The translations under genes were made by a program, and so were the position numbers. Below are positions 47,131 through 56,988 of a DNA stretch of 64,000 nt, in pieces; position 1 is the stretch's first letter, and every line of letters starts with the position of its first letter. Below the pieces are notes generated by a model. The model was given only the letters and a program-made list of their open reading frames with translations. It made no database searches and was not told the DNA's origin. Location of the stretch: positions 1-64,000 of IMG/VR virus record IMGVR_UViG_2522125155_000001; one strand, given 5' to 3'. Source of the DNA: a virus. Its lineage: Duplodnaviria > Caudoviricetes.

Positions 47131-49071
47131 ATGGCCCGCTTCTCCAGCAACACGATCCTGACGCCTGACCGGCTCGTCGAGGTCGTCGACTACTTCAAGC
47201 AGTTCCCCGACATGGTGGTCGACTTCGAGACCACCGGACCCAACCGAGGGACCCCTCATCTCGCGCCCGTCGTGTGGACGATCCTCTCCACGCACGGGCG
47301 CACGGTCACCATCCCGACGGGTCATCCGAACGGCAACGTCCTCATCTCCCGGGCGACGAAGAAGAAGGACCCGGAGACGAAGAAGTTCCGCAACATCCCG
47401 GCCGTCTACGACGCCCCGCCGCCCCAGATGCGCCCCTCGGTCGCGTGGGAGATCATGGCCCCGCTCTTCACGAACGAGAACCGGATCCTCTACGCGCACA
47501 ACGCGACCTTCGACTTCCCGACCGCCGCCAAGTACCTCGACGGCAACCTCCCGGCTGGCTCGCTGCGAGACACCATCGTCATCCAGTGGCTGCTCGACGA
47601 GAACCGCAACCAGTACGGCCTGAAGCCGCTCGTCGAGCACTACTTCGGGCACAAGTACGACTCCGAGGGCGTCGGCAAGTGCGTCGAGGCTCACCCCTTC
47701 TGGAAGGTCCACCGCTACGGCTACCTCGACGGGGCCTACACGTGGCACCTGAAGCAGGGGCTGGAGCCCCGGCTGGCCAAGTTCAACCTCCAGCGCGTCT
47801 ACGAACTGGAGAACGAGGTCACCCGGATCGTCAGCCAGATGCGCCTCGACGGCGTGCGGGTCAACGAGCCCGAACTCGACCGCCTTCATGCCCAGTACTC
47901 CGACGAACTCGTCGACCTCGAAGCCAACTGCTACCGCGCCGCTGGCAAGGAGTTCAACCTCAACAGCGTGCCCCAGAAGCAGGCCATCCTCTTCGACCCG
48001 AAGAAGAAGGGCGGGCAGGGGCTGAAGGTCATGAAGAAGACCAAGACCGGGGGCGCGTCCACCGACGCCGAGGCGCTGGACCACCACGCCGCCAACCCAG
48101 TGGTCAAGGCGCTCACGGAGTACACCGACGTGCAGAAACTCCAGAGCACCTACATCGAGGGCTACACCGGCGTCGAGGGCGACCCGAAGAAGCCCCGCCA
48201 GATCTTCGACGGCCGGGTGCACGCCGAGTTGCTCCAGTACGGCACCGTCACCGGCCGCTTCTCCTGCCGTGCCCCCAACCTGCAGAACATCCCCCGCCCG
48301 TCGACCGAGAAGGGCAAGCAGATCCGTGGCCTCTTCATGTCCGACCCGGGCGAGAAGTTGGTCGTCGCCGACTACGGCCAGATCGAACTCGTCGTCCTCG
48401 CGCACTACGCCCGGGCCTACGCCTTCGACGGTCGCGGCGCGCTGGTCGACGGCTTCGAGGCAGGCATCGACGCCCACACCCTGACTGCGAGCAAGGTCTA
48501 CGCCGTGCCGTTCGACGAGGTCGTGCCGCCGATGCGCCAGACCAGCAAGGGCATCAACTTCGCCGTCGTCTACGGCGCGGGCCCGGACAAGGTCGCCGCC
48601 ATGGCCGACACCTCGGTCGAGAAGGCCAAGGGCTTCCTGAAGATCCACCAGCAGGAGTTCCCCGAGGTCTACGTCTTCAAGGACGCCGTGCTGGAGTTGG
48701 CACGCTCGCGCAAGCCGGTGCCCTACATCACCACGCTGGCTGGCCGACGTCGCCGCCTGCCGGGCCTGAACTACTCGGACAAGAGCCTGCGCGGTCTGGC
48801 CGAGCGACAGGCCATCAACAGCCTCATTCAAGGCTCGGCAGCCGACCTCATCAAGACCGCCATGGTGCGCCTGACGAAGACGCTGCCGTCGCACTCCTCG
48901 CTCATCCTCAGCGTCCACGACGAACTCGTGGTCCGCACCCCCGAGTCGGAGGCCGAGGCGACGCAGGAGATCATGCGCGAGGCCATGCTGGGTGAGGGCA
49001 TCGCCAAGATGCTCTCCGTCCCGATGACCTCCGACAGCAAGATCGTGGACGTCTGGGCGGAGGCGAAGTGA
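47131..49071 (+). CDS. polA: Family A DNA polymerase (3'-5' exonuclease plus polymerase)
   Basis: DFETTG, HNATFD, TGRFS...NLQNIP, DYGQIEL, KGINFAVVYG, VHDEL. Confidence 0.95.
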   Translation: MARFSSNTILTPDRLVEVVDYFKQFPDMVVDFETTGPNRGTPHLAPVVWTILSTHGRTVTIPTGHPNGNVLISRATKKKDPETKKFRNIPAVYDAPPPQMRPSVAWEIMAPLFTNENRILYAHNATFDFPTAAKYLDGNLPAGSLRDTIVIQWLLDENRNQYGLKPLVEHYFGHKYDSEGVGKCVEAHPFWKVHRYGYLDGAYTWHLKQGLEPRLAKFNLQRVYELENEVTRIVSQMRLDGVRVNEPELDRLHAQYSDELVDLEANCYRAAGKEFNLNSVPQKQAILFDPKKKGGQGLKVMKKTKTGGASTDAEALDHHAANPVVKALTEYTDVQKLQSTYIEGYTGVEGDPKKPRQIFDGRVHAELLQYGTVTGRFSCRAPNLQNIPRPSTEKGKQIRGLFMSDPGEKLVVADYGQIELVVLAHYARAYAFDGRGALVDGFEAGIDAHTLTASKVYAVPFDEVVPPMRQTSKGINFAVVYGAGPDKVAAMADTSVEKAKGFLKIHQQEFPEVYVFKDAVLELARSRKPVPYITTLAGRRRRLPGLNYSDKSLRGLAERQAINSLIQGSAADLIKTAMVRLTKTLPSHSSLILSVHDELVVRTPESEAEATQEIMREAMLGEGIAKMLSVPMTSDSKIVDVWAEAK

Positions 49072-49472
49072 GCCACCACGACGACGTCGACCCGGCACAC
49101 GCCGACGGCTGGCAGTACGCCCCGGGGATGCGCTACGAGAGCAGCGAGACGATCCGCCACCGGGTCATCACCGACATCATCCCGCCGGAGCGGCTGGCGA
49201 ACCCTCGCGTCGCAGAGGGGCTCGGGTACGTCCACCCGAGCCCCGACGTGCAGGCCCTCGACCTAATCCGTCTCGTCGAGCGGAAGAAGGTCATCAGGGA
49301 GATCCTCCCGGCCATGGGTCTCCTCATCGCCGAATCGCTTCAGGTAACCGAACAGGCTATTCTGATTGACGGCAACCTTGGTATGACGGACCGCGAGAAG
49401 CAGATCGCGTCGACCGTAACCGTCGCCGTCGTCAGCAGCCTGCTCGACATGGGCATCGTCACTCGCAGATAG
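49068..49472 (+). CDS. Hypothetical protein
   Basis: GTGA coupling. Confidence 0.65.
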   Translation: MSHHDDVDPAHADGWQYAPGMRYESSETIRHRVITDIIPPERLANPRVAEGLGYVHPSPDVQALDLIRLVERKKVIREILPAMGLLIAESLQVTEQAILIDGNLGMTDREKQIASTVTVAVVSSLLDMGIVTRR

Positions 49473-49479
49473 GAACCAC

Positions 49480-49965
49480 ATGACCAACTTCTGGGCCCAG
49501 CGGCTGGGCGTGCAGCCCGCCCCGCAGCAGGTTCAACCGGCAGCCCCCGTGGCCACTCCCGGAGCCCCGTGGTGGGCCCCGGCACCGGTGCCCCAGCCCG
49601 TCCCGATGCCGCAGGCTCCGGGCATCCCCGGGTACCCGCCGGTGCCCATGCCGCAGGTTCCCGCGCCGGAGCCCGAGCACCACGGGTGGGGCAGCGTCAA
49701 GGGATCGCTGGCCAAGGCGAAGAGCGCCAAACTCACCTCCGTCTGCGGCAACTGCGGCTCCGGCAACGTCTTCCGTCCGACGCCCAACGCCATGGAGCAG
49801 TGCTACGACTGCGGCGAGAACCCCCGCTTCAGCCAGACCGGCGGCGAGGGAGGGCTCCCCTCCGAGGCCTCCGGCCCGACCCAGCAGGCCCGCCAGATCA
49901 GTGGCGGTGGCGGTGCCGGTGGGCGCAGCAACTTCAACCCCGGCGAGATCGTCGCCCGCCTCTAG
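49480..49965 (+). CDS. Pro-rich Zn-ribbon protein
   Basis: CGNCGS...CYDCG. Confidence 0.75.
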   Translation: MTNFWAQRLGVQPAPQQVQPAAPVATPGAPWWAPAPVPQPVPMPQAPGIPGYPPVPMPQVPAPEPEHHGWGSVKGSLAKAKSAKLTSVCGNCGSGNVFRPTPNAMEQCYDCGENPRFSQTGGEGGLPSEASGPTQQARQISGGGGAGGRSNFNPGEIVARL

Positions 49966-49995
49966 TACGTGACCAACCCCAACAGGAAGAAGAGC

Positions 49996-52050
49996 ATGAC
50001 CACCTACGCACGACCGCACTACCTCTCGTTCGGCCTCTCGGACGAGTTCGTCGACCGGTACACCGACCGCCCGGTCCCCTTCGGGTTCGAACTCCCCGGT
50101 GGCAGCAGCCTCGGCGAGATCACCTTCATCACCAAGTACTCGCGCAAGCGTGAGGACGGCACCAAGGAGCGCTGGCACGAGGCCTGCCGCCGCGTCATCG
50201 AGGGCATGTACTCGCTGCAGAAGGACTACGTCAAGGACAACCGTCTGCCGTGGAACGACCGCAAGGCTCAGGCCTCGGCGCAGGAGGCCTACGACCGCCT
50301 CTTCCACCTGAAGTGGACCCCGCCGGGCCGTGGCATGTGGATCATGGGCACCCCGCTGGTCAACGAGCAGAAGAACAGCGCCCCGCTGCAGAACTGCGCC
50401 TTCATCTCGACCGACGACATGACGGTCAACGACCCGTCGATGCCGTTCACCTTCCTCATGGAGGCCTCGATGCTCGGCGTCGGCGTCGGCTTCGACACTC
50501 GCGGCGCGGACAAGGGCTTCAAGATCCACGAGCCGTCACCCATGCACGACCCCGTGGTGATCCCCGACAGCCGCGAGGGCTGGGTGAACTCCGTCCGGCT
50601 CGTGCTGGAGGCCTACCTGAAGCCGAACCAGCACCTGCCGGAGTTCGACTACAGCCTCATCCGCCCTGCCGGTGAGCCCATCAAGACCTTCGGGGGAACG
50701 GCAGCCGGGCCCGGGTCGCTCGTCGAACTTCATGTGACCCTCCGCCGCCTGCTTGGCGGACGTGACGGCCAGCCGCTGACCTCCACCGACATCGCTGACA
50801 TCGGCAACCTCATCGGCAAGTGCGTCGTCGCGGGCAACGTCCGCCGCTCGGCCGAGATCCTCCTCGGCGACATCGAGGATGAGGCCTTCCTCGACCTGAA
50901 GAACTGGGAGGTCAATCCCGAGCGCATGGCCTACCCGACCGGCTGGGGCCAACTCAGCAACAACTCCGTCGTCGTCGGCGTCGACACCCCTCTCGACGCC
51001 ATTGTGGAGAAGATCGCGATCAACGGCGAGCCCGGGGTCATCTGGCTCGACACCGCGCGCAACTTCGGGCGACTGAAGGACCCCGCCGACTACAAGGACT
51101 ACCGGGTCATGGGCTTCAACCCCTGCGCCGAGCAGCCGCTGGAGTCCGGCGAGATGTGCACTCTCGTGGAGACCTACCTGCACAACCACGAGACCAAGGA
51201 GGACTTCCACCGCACCCTGAAGTTCGCCTACCTCTACGCCAAGACGGTCACCCTCATCCCGACCCACTGGCCCAAGACGAACGCGATCATGCAGCGCAAC
51301 CGCCGCATCGGGACGTCGGCCTCGGCCATCGCCAACTTCGCCGACGACAAGGGCCTCAGCGTCCTGCGTGAGTGGCTCGACACGGGCTACGGCATCGTCG
51401 ACCAGTACGACCGGATCTACTCCGAGTGGCTCTGCGTCCGCGAGTCGATCCGCACCACGACGGTCAAGCCCTCCGGCACCGTCTCGCTCATGGCCGGGGC
51501 GTCCCCGGGCGTGCACTGGCAGCCGGGCGGCAAGTACTTCGACCGCGCCATGCGCTTCGGCAAGGACGACCCCATCGTCGTGCTCGCCGGTGACGCCGGG
51601 TACCGCGTCGAGCAGGCCAAGGAGAACCCCGACAACGTCGTGGTCTTCTTCCCGGTCAAGTCGAAGGCGTCACGCTCGGAGAAGCAGGTCTCGATCTACG
51701 AGAAGGCCAACCTCGCCGTCGAGGCCCAGCGTTGGTGGAGCGACAACGCCGTCAGCGTCACGGTCTCCTTCGACGCCGAGAAGGAAGCCGACGACGTCAA
51801 GCGGGTGCTGGCCATGCACGCGGGCCACCTGAAGACGATCTCGTTCCTGCCCATGGGCAACGCGGTGTACCCGCAGATGCCCTACACCGAGATCACCGAG
51901 GCTGACTACATCGCGGCCGAGGAGAGCATCTTCGGCATCGACTTCGAGCCCCTCTACAACGGGGACATGAAGGCCATCGACGCCATCGGTGAGGCCTTCT
52001 GCAGCACCGACGCGTGCGAGGTCAAGGATCTCCTGAAGTACGCCGCGTAG
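49996..52050 (+). CDS. nrdJ: Class II (B12-dependent) monomeric ribonucleotide reductase
   Basis: PPGRG, LQNC, GNVRRSA, NPCAEQ, TTVKPSGT, C-terminal CSTDAC. Confidence 0.92.
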   Translation: MTTYARPHYLSFGLSDEFVDRYTDRPVPFGFELPGGSSLGEITFITKYSRKREDGTKERWHEACRRVIEGMYSLQKDYVKDNRLPWNDRKAQASAQEAYDRLFHLKWTPPGRGMWIMGTPLVNEQKNSAPLQNCAFISTDDMTVNDPSMPFTFLMEASMLGVGVGFDTRGADKGFKIHEPSPMHDPVVIPDSREGWVNSVRLVLEAYLKPNQHLPEFDYSLIRPAGEPIKTFGGTAAGPGSLVELHVTLRRLLGGRDGQPLTSTDIADIGNLIGKCVVAGNVRRSAEILLGDIEDEAFLDLKNWEVNPERMAYPTGWGQLSNNSVVVGVDTPLDAIVEKIAINGEPGVIWLDTARNFGRLKDPADYKDYRVMGFNPCAEQPLESGEMCTLVETYLHNHETKEDFHRTLKFAYLYAKTVTLIPTHWPKTNAIMQRNRRIGTSASAIANFADDKGLSVLREWLDTGYGIVDQYDRIYSEWLCVRESIRTTTVKPSGTVSLMAGASPGVHWQPGGKYFDRAMRFGKDDPIVVLAGDAGYRVEQAKENPDNVVVFFPVKSKASRSEKQVSIYEKANLAVEAQRWWSDNAVSVTVSFDAEKEADDVKRVLAMHAGHLKTISFLPMGNAVYPQMPYTEITEADYIAAEESIFGIDFEPLYNGDMKAIDAIGEAFCSTDACEVKDLLKYAA

Positions 52051-52138
52051 TAGCAACTACTTAACTGGACGGCCCGGGTCGTCAGCGCATACCCTAGGTA
52101 ACTGGATCAGTCGCACCGATTGACCAGAAGGGAACACT

Positions 52139-52333
52139 ATGGCTGGCAACCCGGGCCTTCATGTCACGGTCACGCGCACCGTGACCTACACCTACGTCGA
52201 GCCGTTCGTCGATGAGGACAGCATCCACGACCTCGAAGCCACGCTGACCGAGACCGTCCGCTTCCGCGACCCGCAGTACTGCGACGCCTACGACACGACG
52301 ACGAGCGTCCTCGTGACCGAGGCCACCCAGTGA
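52139..52333 (+). CDS. Small hypothetical protein
   Basis: RBS; coupled to recA. Confidence 0.6.
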   Translation: MAGNPGLHVTVTRTVTYTYVEPFVDEDSIHDLEATLTETVRFRDPQYCDAYDTTTSVLVTEATQ

Positions 52334-53490
52334 GCACCTTCACCCCGGAGGCGCTGGCCGTCATGGCCAAGATCAACAAGGACTACGGCACCGGAGCGCT
52401 GGTGCTGGCCAAGGACATTCAGGTCCACAAGCGCTACACGACCGGCCACCTCGGCCTCGACGTCGCCCTCGGTGGCGGCTGGCCCGCGAACCAGCCCATC
52501 GAGGTCCTCGGCCGAGAGAGCAACGGCAAGACCGCCGTCGTCCTGAAGACCCTCGCGGCCAACATGGACATCGACCCCGAGTTCACCGCCCTGTGGGTCG
52601 CCGCCGAGCACTTCGACGTCGATCAGGCCGAGGCCCTCGGCGTGGACTGCAGCCGCGTCATCGTGCACAACACGCAGGCGATGGAAGAGGCCTTTCAGGT
52701 CATGCTCGCCTTCGGTGCCGAGCGCGCCGTCGATGCCATCATCCTCGACTCCTACCCGGCCCTCGTGCCGGACGAGGAAGCGGCCAAGGACATGGACGAG
52801 CACTCCATGGCCATCGGGGCCCGGCTCTTCGGCAAGTTCTTCCGCAAGTGGGGACGCCAGTGCCGCATCGACATCACCGACCCCGACGTCAAGCCGATGC
52901 TCGGCCCGATCATCATCAACCAGTTCCGCGACAAGATCGGCGCGTGGAGCCCGCACGGCACCCCGAAGACGAGTCCCGGCGGCAACGCGAAGAACTACGC
53001 CTTCTACGTCCGCGTCGAGGTCCAGCGTGACGAGTTCATCAAGATCACCGAGAACGGCCTGAAGGTCCCCGTCGGCCAGACGATCAAGGTCACCACGACC
53101 AAGAACAAGTCCAACAGCCCGGGGCAGGTCGCGGTCCTCGACTTCTACTTCCGTGACGCCGACAGCCTCGACAAGAAGCGCGGCGACTACGACCTCAGCA
53201 AGGACATCGCCCTGTGCGCGCTGCTCTTCGGGGTCATCGAGCGCCGTGGCTCGACCTTCGTCTTCGAGAACGGGGAACTCGACTCGAAGAAGAAGCCGCT
53301 TCATCGCTGGGCTGGCAAGGACGCGATGTACGCGGGCGTCATGGAGAGCCCCGACCTCTTCGCCCAGATCCGCGAGCGGGTCCTCGCCGTCGCCGCCGAC
53401 CCGGCCGCAGAGCACGCGCTCACCGAGGAGGCCGTCACCGAGGCTGCAAGCGCCGGAGTGAAGGTCGTCGCACGGAAGGAAGCCGCGTGA
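52330..53490 (+). CDS. recA: RecA-like recombinase
   Basis: LDVALGGG, GRESNGKT, IINQFRDKIG, PGGNA, KNK. Confidence 0.92.
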   Translation: MSTFTPEALAVMAKINKDYGTGALVLAKDIQVHKRYTTGHLGLDVALGGGWPANQPIEVLGRESNGKTAVVLKTLAANMDIDPEFTALWVAAEHFDVDQAEALGVDCSRVIVHNTQAMEEAFQVMLAFGAERAVDAIILDSYPALVPDEEAAKDMDEHSMAIGARLFGKFFRKWGRQCRIDITDPDVKPMLGPIIINQFRDKIGAWSPHGTPKTSPGGNAKNYAFYVRVEVQRDEFIKITENGLKVPVGQTIKVTTTKNKSNSPGQVAVLDFYFRDADSLDKKRGDYDLSKDIALCALLFGVIERRGSTFVFENGELDSKKKPLHRWAGKDAMYAGVMESPDLFAQIRERVLAVAADPAAEHALTEEAVTEAASAGVKVVARKEAA

Positions 53491-53747
53491 CGTGGGGCAC
53501 GGTCTCGGTCGCCCTCAACATCATCCTCGCGGCGCTCGTGCTCTTCCAGCGTCTGCACATCGCACGCCTGACCCGAGTCCTCGCGGAGCGCTCGACCTTC
53601 ATCACCAACATCCTCGGAAGGACTCATGAAGACCTCGCTGAAGAAGTCGCAGCAGCAGGAAAAGCGCTTGGCCGGACGGTACGGCGGCTCGATATCGGCC
53701 GGTTCCGGAAACGGGTGGGTCAGGAAGAACGACGTGCGCAGCGCTGA
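53487..53747 (+). CDS. Possible small membrane protein
   Basis: N-terminal TM, GTGA coupling; overlaps the next gene by about 120 nt. Confidence 0.4.
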   Translation: MTWGTVSVALNIILAALVLFQRLHIARLTRVLAERSTFITNILGRTHEDLAEEVAAAGKALGRTVRRLDIGRFRKRVGQEERRAQR

Positions 53748-53952
53748 GGTCAGCATCGAGGCCAAGTACACCGACGCCAAGCAGTTCACCCTGAAGCAGG
53801 CCGACCTGCACAAGGGGGAGCGGTACGCGCTGGTCGACGGTCGCGAGTTCGCCTTCGTCATCTCGTTCTCCGGCGAGGAGTGGGTCGTCGTCCGCGAGGC
53901 CGACTACAAGGATCTGCGAGAGCGCGCCGACTCGCTGGATACGGCCCTCTGA
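53626..53952 (+). CDS. Hjc-like PD-(D/E)XK Holliday junction resolvase
   Basis: E...GSG...KNDV...IEAK. Confidence 0.75.
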   Translation: MKTSLKKSQQQEKRLAGRYGGSISAGSGNGWVRKNDVRSAEVSIEAKYTDAKQFTLKQADLHKGERYALVDGREFAFVISFSGEEWVVVREADYKDLRERADSLDTAL

Positions 53953-54362
53953 TGGTCATGAAGTTGCGCATCCCGCAGCCGGACTGGACCGGGGCCAAGT
54001 GCCTCGACTTCGTCCCGACGAGGGAGTACGACGCCTTCGTCGATGACGACATGGACGAGGCCGTGGCCGTCTGCAACGGCGACATCGACGGCAAGGTCTG
54101 CCCGAAGCGCCACGACTGCCTCATCTTCGCGCTCATCAACAACGAGCACTACGGCGTCTTCGGCGGTCTCTACCCCGAGCAGCGCCACGATCTCCGGCAG
54201 CGGTTCAAGCGCCGCAAGGGAAAGCCCGCACCTATCGAATGGGAGTTCGACAATGCCACGCCCCAGCAAGACCTCCTCGACGCGGCGGCGGCGCGCGAAG
54301 CCGACAGGGAGGCTCTTCGATCTCGCGCAAGCGACGAAGCCGAACTACGTCCTGCTGGGTGA
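53952..54362 (+). CDS. WhiB-family transcription factor
   Basis: C...C...C...C with YGVFGGL; TGATG coupling. Confidence 0.85.
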   Translation: MVMKLRIPQPDWTGAKCLDFVPTREYDAFVDDDMDEAVAVCNGDIDGKVCPKRHDCLIFALINNEHYGVFGGLYPEQRHDLRQRFKRRKGKPAPIEWEFDNATPQQDLLDAAAAREADREALRSRASDEAELRPAG

Positions 54363-55356
54363 CATCCGCAAGCACCTGCTGAGGCAGATCGACGCTCCCT
54401 CCGACCGGCGTCAGGACATCCTTCATCCGAGCGAGATGGCCAAGTCGGACTGGTGCCCTCGACAGTCGTGGTATCGGCTGTCGGGGGTGCCGGAGTCGGA
54501 CCCCCAGAAGAAGCACGGCTACCAGTTGGAGAACATCTTCGACGAGGGCCACACGATCCACGACAAGTGGCAGCGCCGCCTCTGGGACATGGGGATCCTC
54601 GACGGCATGTGGGGCTGCCTCGTGTGCGAGCACAAGTGGTGGGATACCGCACCGCAGGAGTGCCCCCAGTGCAGTGCTCCCAAGCGCGTGCTGCAGTACC
54701 GCGAGGTCCCGGTCGACGGCGAGGAGCGCTACCTCATCGTCGGCCACGAGGACGGCCTCGTGCGCAAGAGCCTCGTCGAGGTCAAGAGCATCGGTCAGGG
54801 GACCCTGCGGATGGACGCACCGGACCTGCTCCGGGCCAACTCCGTGGAGGGCCCCAAGGGCCGCAAGATCTACGACCTCGACGGAATCTGGCGCGACCTG
54901 AAGAGCCCCCTCGGGAGCCACCTGCGCCAGACGAACATCTACGCCGCCATCCTCATCGAGAACGGCGTCGAGATCGACGAGATCGTCTTCCTCTACGAGT
55001 ACAAGTCGAATCAGGACGTGAAGGAGTTCCGGGTCAAGCCGAGCGCCCGGATCGCGAAGCCCATGCTCGACACCGCGCTCGACATCAAGTACGCGCTGGA
55101 GAAGAACCGCGAGGTCCCCCGACCCGGGGACCGCGAGAAGACCACCAAGGGCTGCAAAGAGTGCCCGTGGCAGACCACCTGCTGGACCGACAAGGAGAGC
55201 AATGCCAAGGACCGTTCGCCGTCAGACAACGCGGCAGAAGCCGGAGAACACGTGGAGCACCGTCCCCGCCGCGTCATACGCGCAGGGGCGTCTGCAGCAG
55301 CGGCAGATCGAACTGCCGGAGCACCCCGGCGGCGACGTTCCAAGGTTGCCCCCTGA
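54253..55356 (+). CDS. Cas4-like/PD-(D/E)XK exonuclease
   Basis: HPSE...WCPR, GHTIH, DG...VEVKS, Q..IY, CKECPWQTTC. Confidence 0.85.
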   Translation: MPRPSKTSSTRRRRAKPTGRLFDLAQATKPNYVLLGDIRKHLLRQIDAPSDRRQDILHPSEMAKSDWCPRQSWYRLSGVPESDPQKKHGYQLENIFDEGHTIHDKWQRRLWDMGILDGMWGCLVCEHKWWDTAPQECPQCSAPKRVLQYREVPVDGEERYLIVGHEDGLVRKSLVEVKSIGQGTLRMDAPDLLRANSVEGPKGRKIYDLDGIWRDLKSPLGSHLRQTNIYAAILIENGVEIDEIVFLYEYKSNQDVKEFRVKPSARIAKPMLDTALDIKYALEKNREVPRPGDREKTTKGCKECPWQTTCWTDKESNAKDRSPSDNAAEAGEHVEHRPRRVIRAGASAAAADRTAGAPRRRRSKVAP

Positions 55357-55732
55357 CCCGACCGACCTGACCGACCCGGAGTTGATGACCCTCTTCCGGG
55401 AGTTCACCGAGTGGGTGGCGTATCAGGGCGCTCAGTTGGCCGTCGCCGACGTCGAGGAGCAGAGCACGGCGGAGGACGTCAAGCGCATGGAGACGATGTC
55501 GGCCGCGCGCAACTCCGGCGCGAAGACGGTTACCGCCGCCAAGGCTGCCATCTGGGAGGACAGTGCCTACATCGACGCCCGGGACGCCCACTTCAAGGCG
55601 CAGGCCTACCAGAAGATGCTCCGGGGCATCTACGAGGCTACCGAGAAGAAGCAGGTCCTGCTGTCCCGAGAACTGACCCGCCGCGTCGGCCGCGAGCCGC
55701 GCGACAGCCGGAACGGGAAGTGGAATGCGTAG
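55202..55732 (+). CDS. Helical protein, possibly UvsY-like recombination mediator
   Basis: Coiled-coil ending LSRELTRR; lies in the recombination block; start uncertain. Confidence 0.55.
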   Translation: MPRTVRRQTTRQKPENTWSTVPAASYAQGRLQQRQIELPEHPGGDVPRLPPDPTDLTDPELMTLFREFTEWVAYQGAQLAVADVEEQSTAEDVKRMETMSAARNSGAKTVTAAKAAIWEDSAYIDARDAHFKAQAYQKMLRGIYEATEKKQVLLSRELTRRVGREPRDSRNGKWNA

Positions 55733-56138
55733 GGTCGCTCGCCGCCGACGTCGGATGATCAAGGCCCCGTGGGAGCAGCGGGGGACCGACGCCAAGGGCC
55801 GCACGCTCCTGACCAACGTCAAGGACGCCGTCTACGTCCAGAACCCCGACGGCGACCACGTGGAACTCGGGCTATTCGACCGCATGTACCGGATCTACCG
55901 GCACTCCGGCGTGACACCTAATCAGGTCGCGGCCGAGGAGGGTATCCGCTACTTCCGGCACGAGTGGGAGTTCCTCCGCGACAACCAGTGCCTGTGGATC
56001 GAGTTCGTCCACCCGTCAACCGGATCAGTCATGCGGATTGACTTCGATTCGGCATCCCGATACGGTTCCGCAGTGACCAACCAGTGGGGGCAGATGTGGT
56101 CTGTCCCCGAAACCCGATACGAAGGGAACACCCTGTGA
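55725..56138 (+). CDS. Hypothetical protein
   Basis: Overlapping ORF in operon. Confidence 0.65.
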   Translation: MRRVARRRRRMIKAPWEQRGTDAKGRTLLTNVKDAVYVQNPDGDHVELGLFDRMYRIYRHSGVTPNQVAAEEGIRYFRHEWEFLRDNQCLWIEFVHPSTGSVMRIDFDSASRYGSAVTNQWGQMWSVPETRYEGNTL

Positions 56139-56365
56139 CCAGTCATCCCGAGTCGCTCCCCGGAGCGACCGCCTTCCGCACCGTCATCGTCGTCCTGACC
56201 GTGCTCCTGTGGCTCCTGATGGTGGCCTGCCTCGGCAGCACCGTCCGCGCCGCATGGACCGGCGACCTGAACGCCGCCCGGGCCCTCGCCCTCGGCTGGG
56301 GGTTCTTCGTCGTCTACACCCTGTGGGACATGGCCAAGTACATCCGCGAGCAGGTGCGCCGGTGA
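56135..56365 (+). CDS. Small two-TM membrane protein
   Basis: Hydrophobic segments, GTGA coupling. Confidence 0.6.
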   Translation: MTSHPESLPGATAFRTVIVVLTVLLWLLMVACLGSTVRAAWTGDLNAARALALGWGFFVVYTLWDMAKYIREQVRR

Positions 56366-56988
56366 CCCCGACCATGATGTACGAGGAGGACGTCTACTCC
56401 CCGCTCGACCGCCGCACCCGGCTCGTCGGCCTGCACGGCCACGCGCAGACGGGCAAGAACACCTCCGCCGACATCCTCACCGAGGAACTCGGCTACTCGC
56501 AGATCTCGTTCGCCGAGCCCCTGAAGCGCCTCGCGCTCTTCGTCAACCCCGTCGTCCAGACGGACTCGCACGGTCGCGTGTTCACCCTGCAGGACATCTT
56601 CGACGACCTCGCGCACGAGGACATCCGTGGCGACGCGGCGTGGGAGGAGGCCAAGAAGGTCGGCACCACCCGAGTGTTCCTCCAGAAGTTGGGGGAGGGC
56701 GTGCGTGAGATCCTCGGGGAGAACACGTGGGTCGACTACGCCATGGCGAAGGTCAAGGACGGCGGCAAGTACGCCTTCCCCGACACCCGCTTCCGCAACG
56801 AGGCGCAGGCCATCCTCGACCGCAGCGGCGTCGTCGTCGAGATCAAGCGCCCCGGCGTCGGCCCGGTCAACGACCACGTGTCCGACCGCCGCCTGCCCGA
56901 CGAGATGATCAACCTCACGATCATCAACGACGGCGAGATCAACGACCTGCGTGGCGAGGTCCTCCACGCCGAGCGGTTCGCCGCGTGA
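56362..56988 (+). CDS. Deoxynucleoside monophosphate kinase
   Basis: GHAQTGKNT, FAEPLK, LQKLG, DTRFRNE, HVSD. Confidence 0.88.
   Translation: MTPTMMYEEDVYSPLDRRTRLVGLHGHAQTGKNTSADILTEELGYSQISFAEPLKRLALFVNPVVQTDSHGRVFTLQDIFDDLAHEDIRGDAAWEEAKKVGTTRVFLQKLGEGVREILGENTWVDYAMAKVKDGGKYAFPDTRFRNEAQAILDRSGVVVEIKRPGVGPVNDHVSDRRLPDEMINLTIINDGEINDLRGEVLHAERFAA

Noticed and set aside
47131-52050. Inteins or introns in polymerase, RNR (also terminase, helicase)
   Set aside because: Lengths and motif spacing are normal; no splice-junction motifs seen
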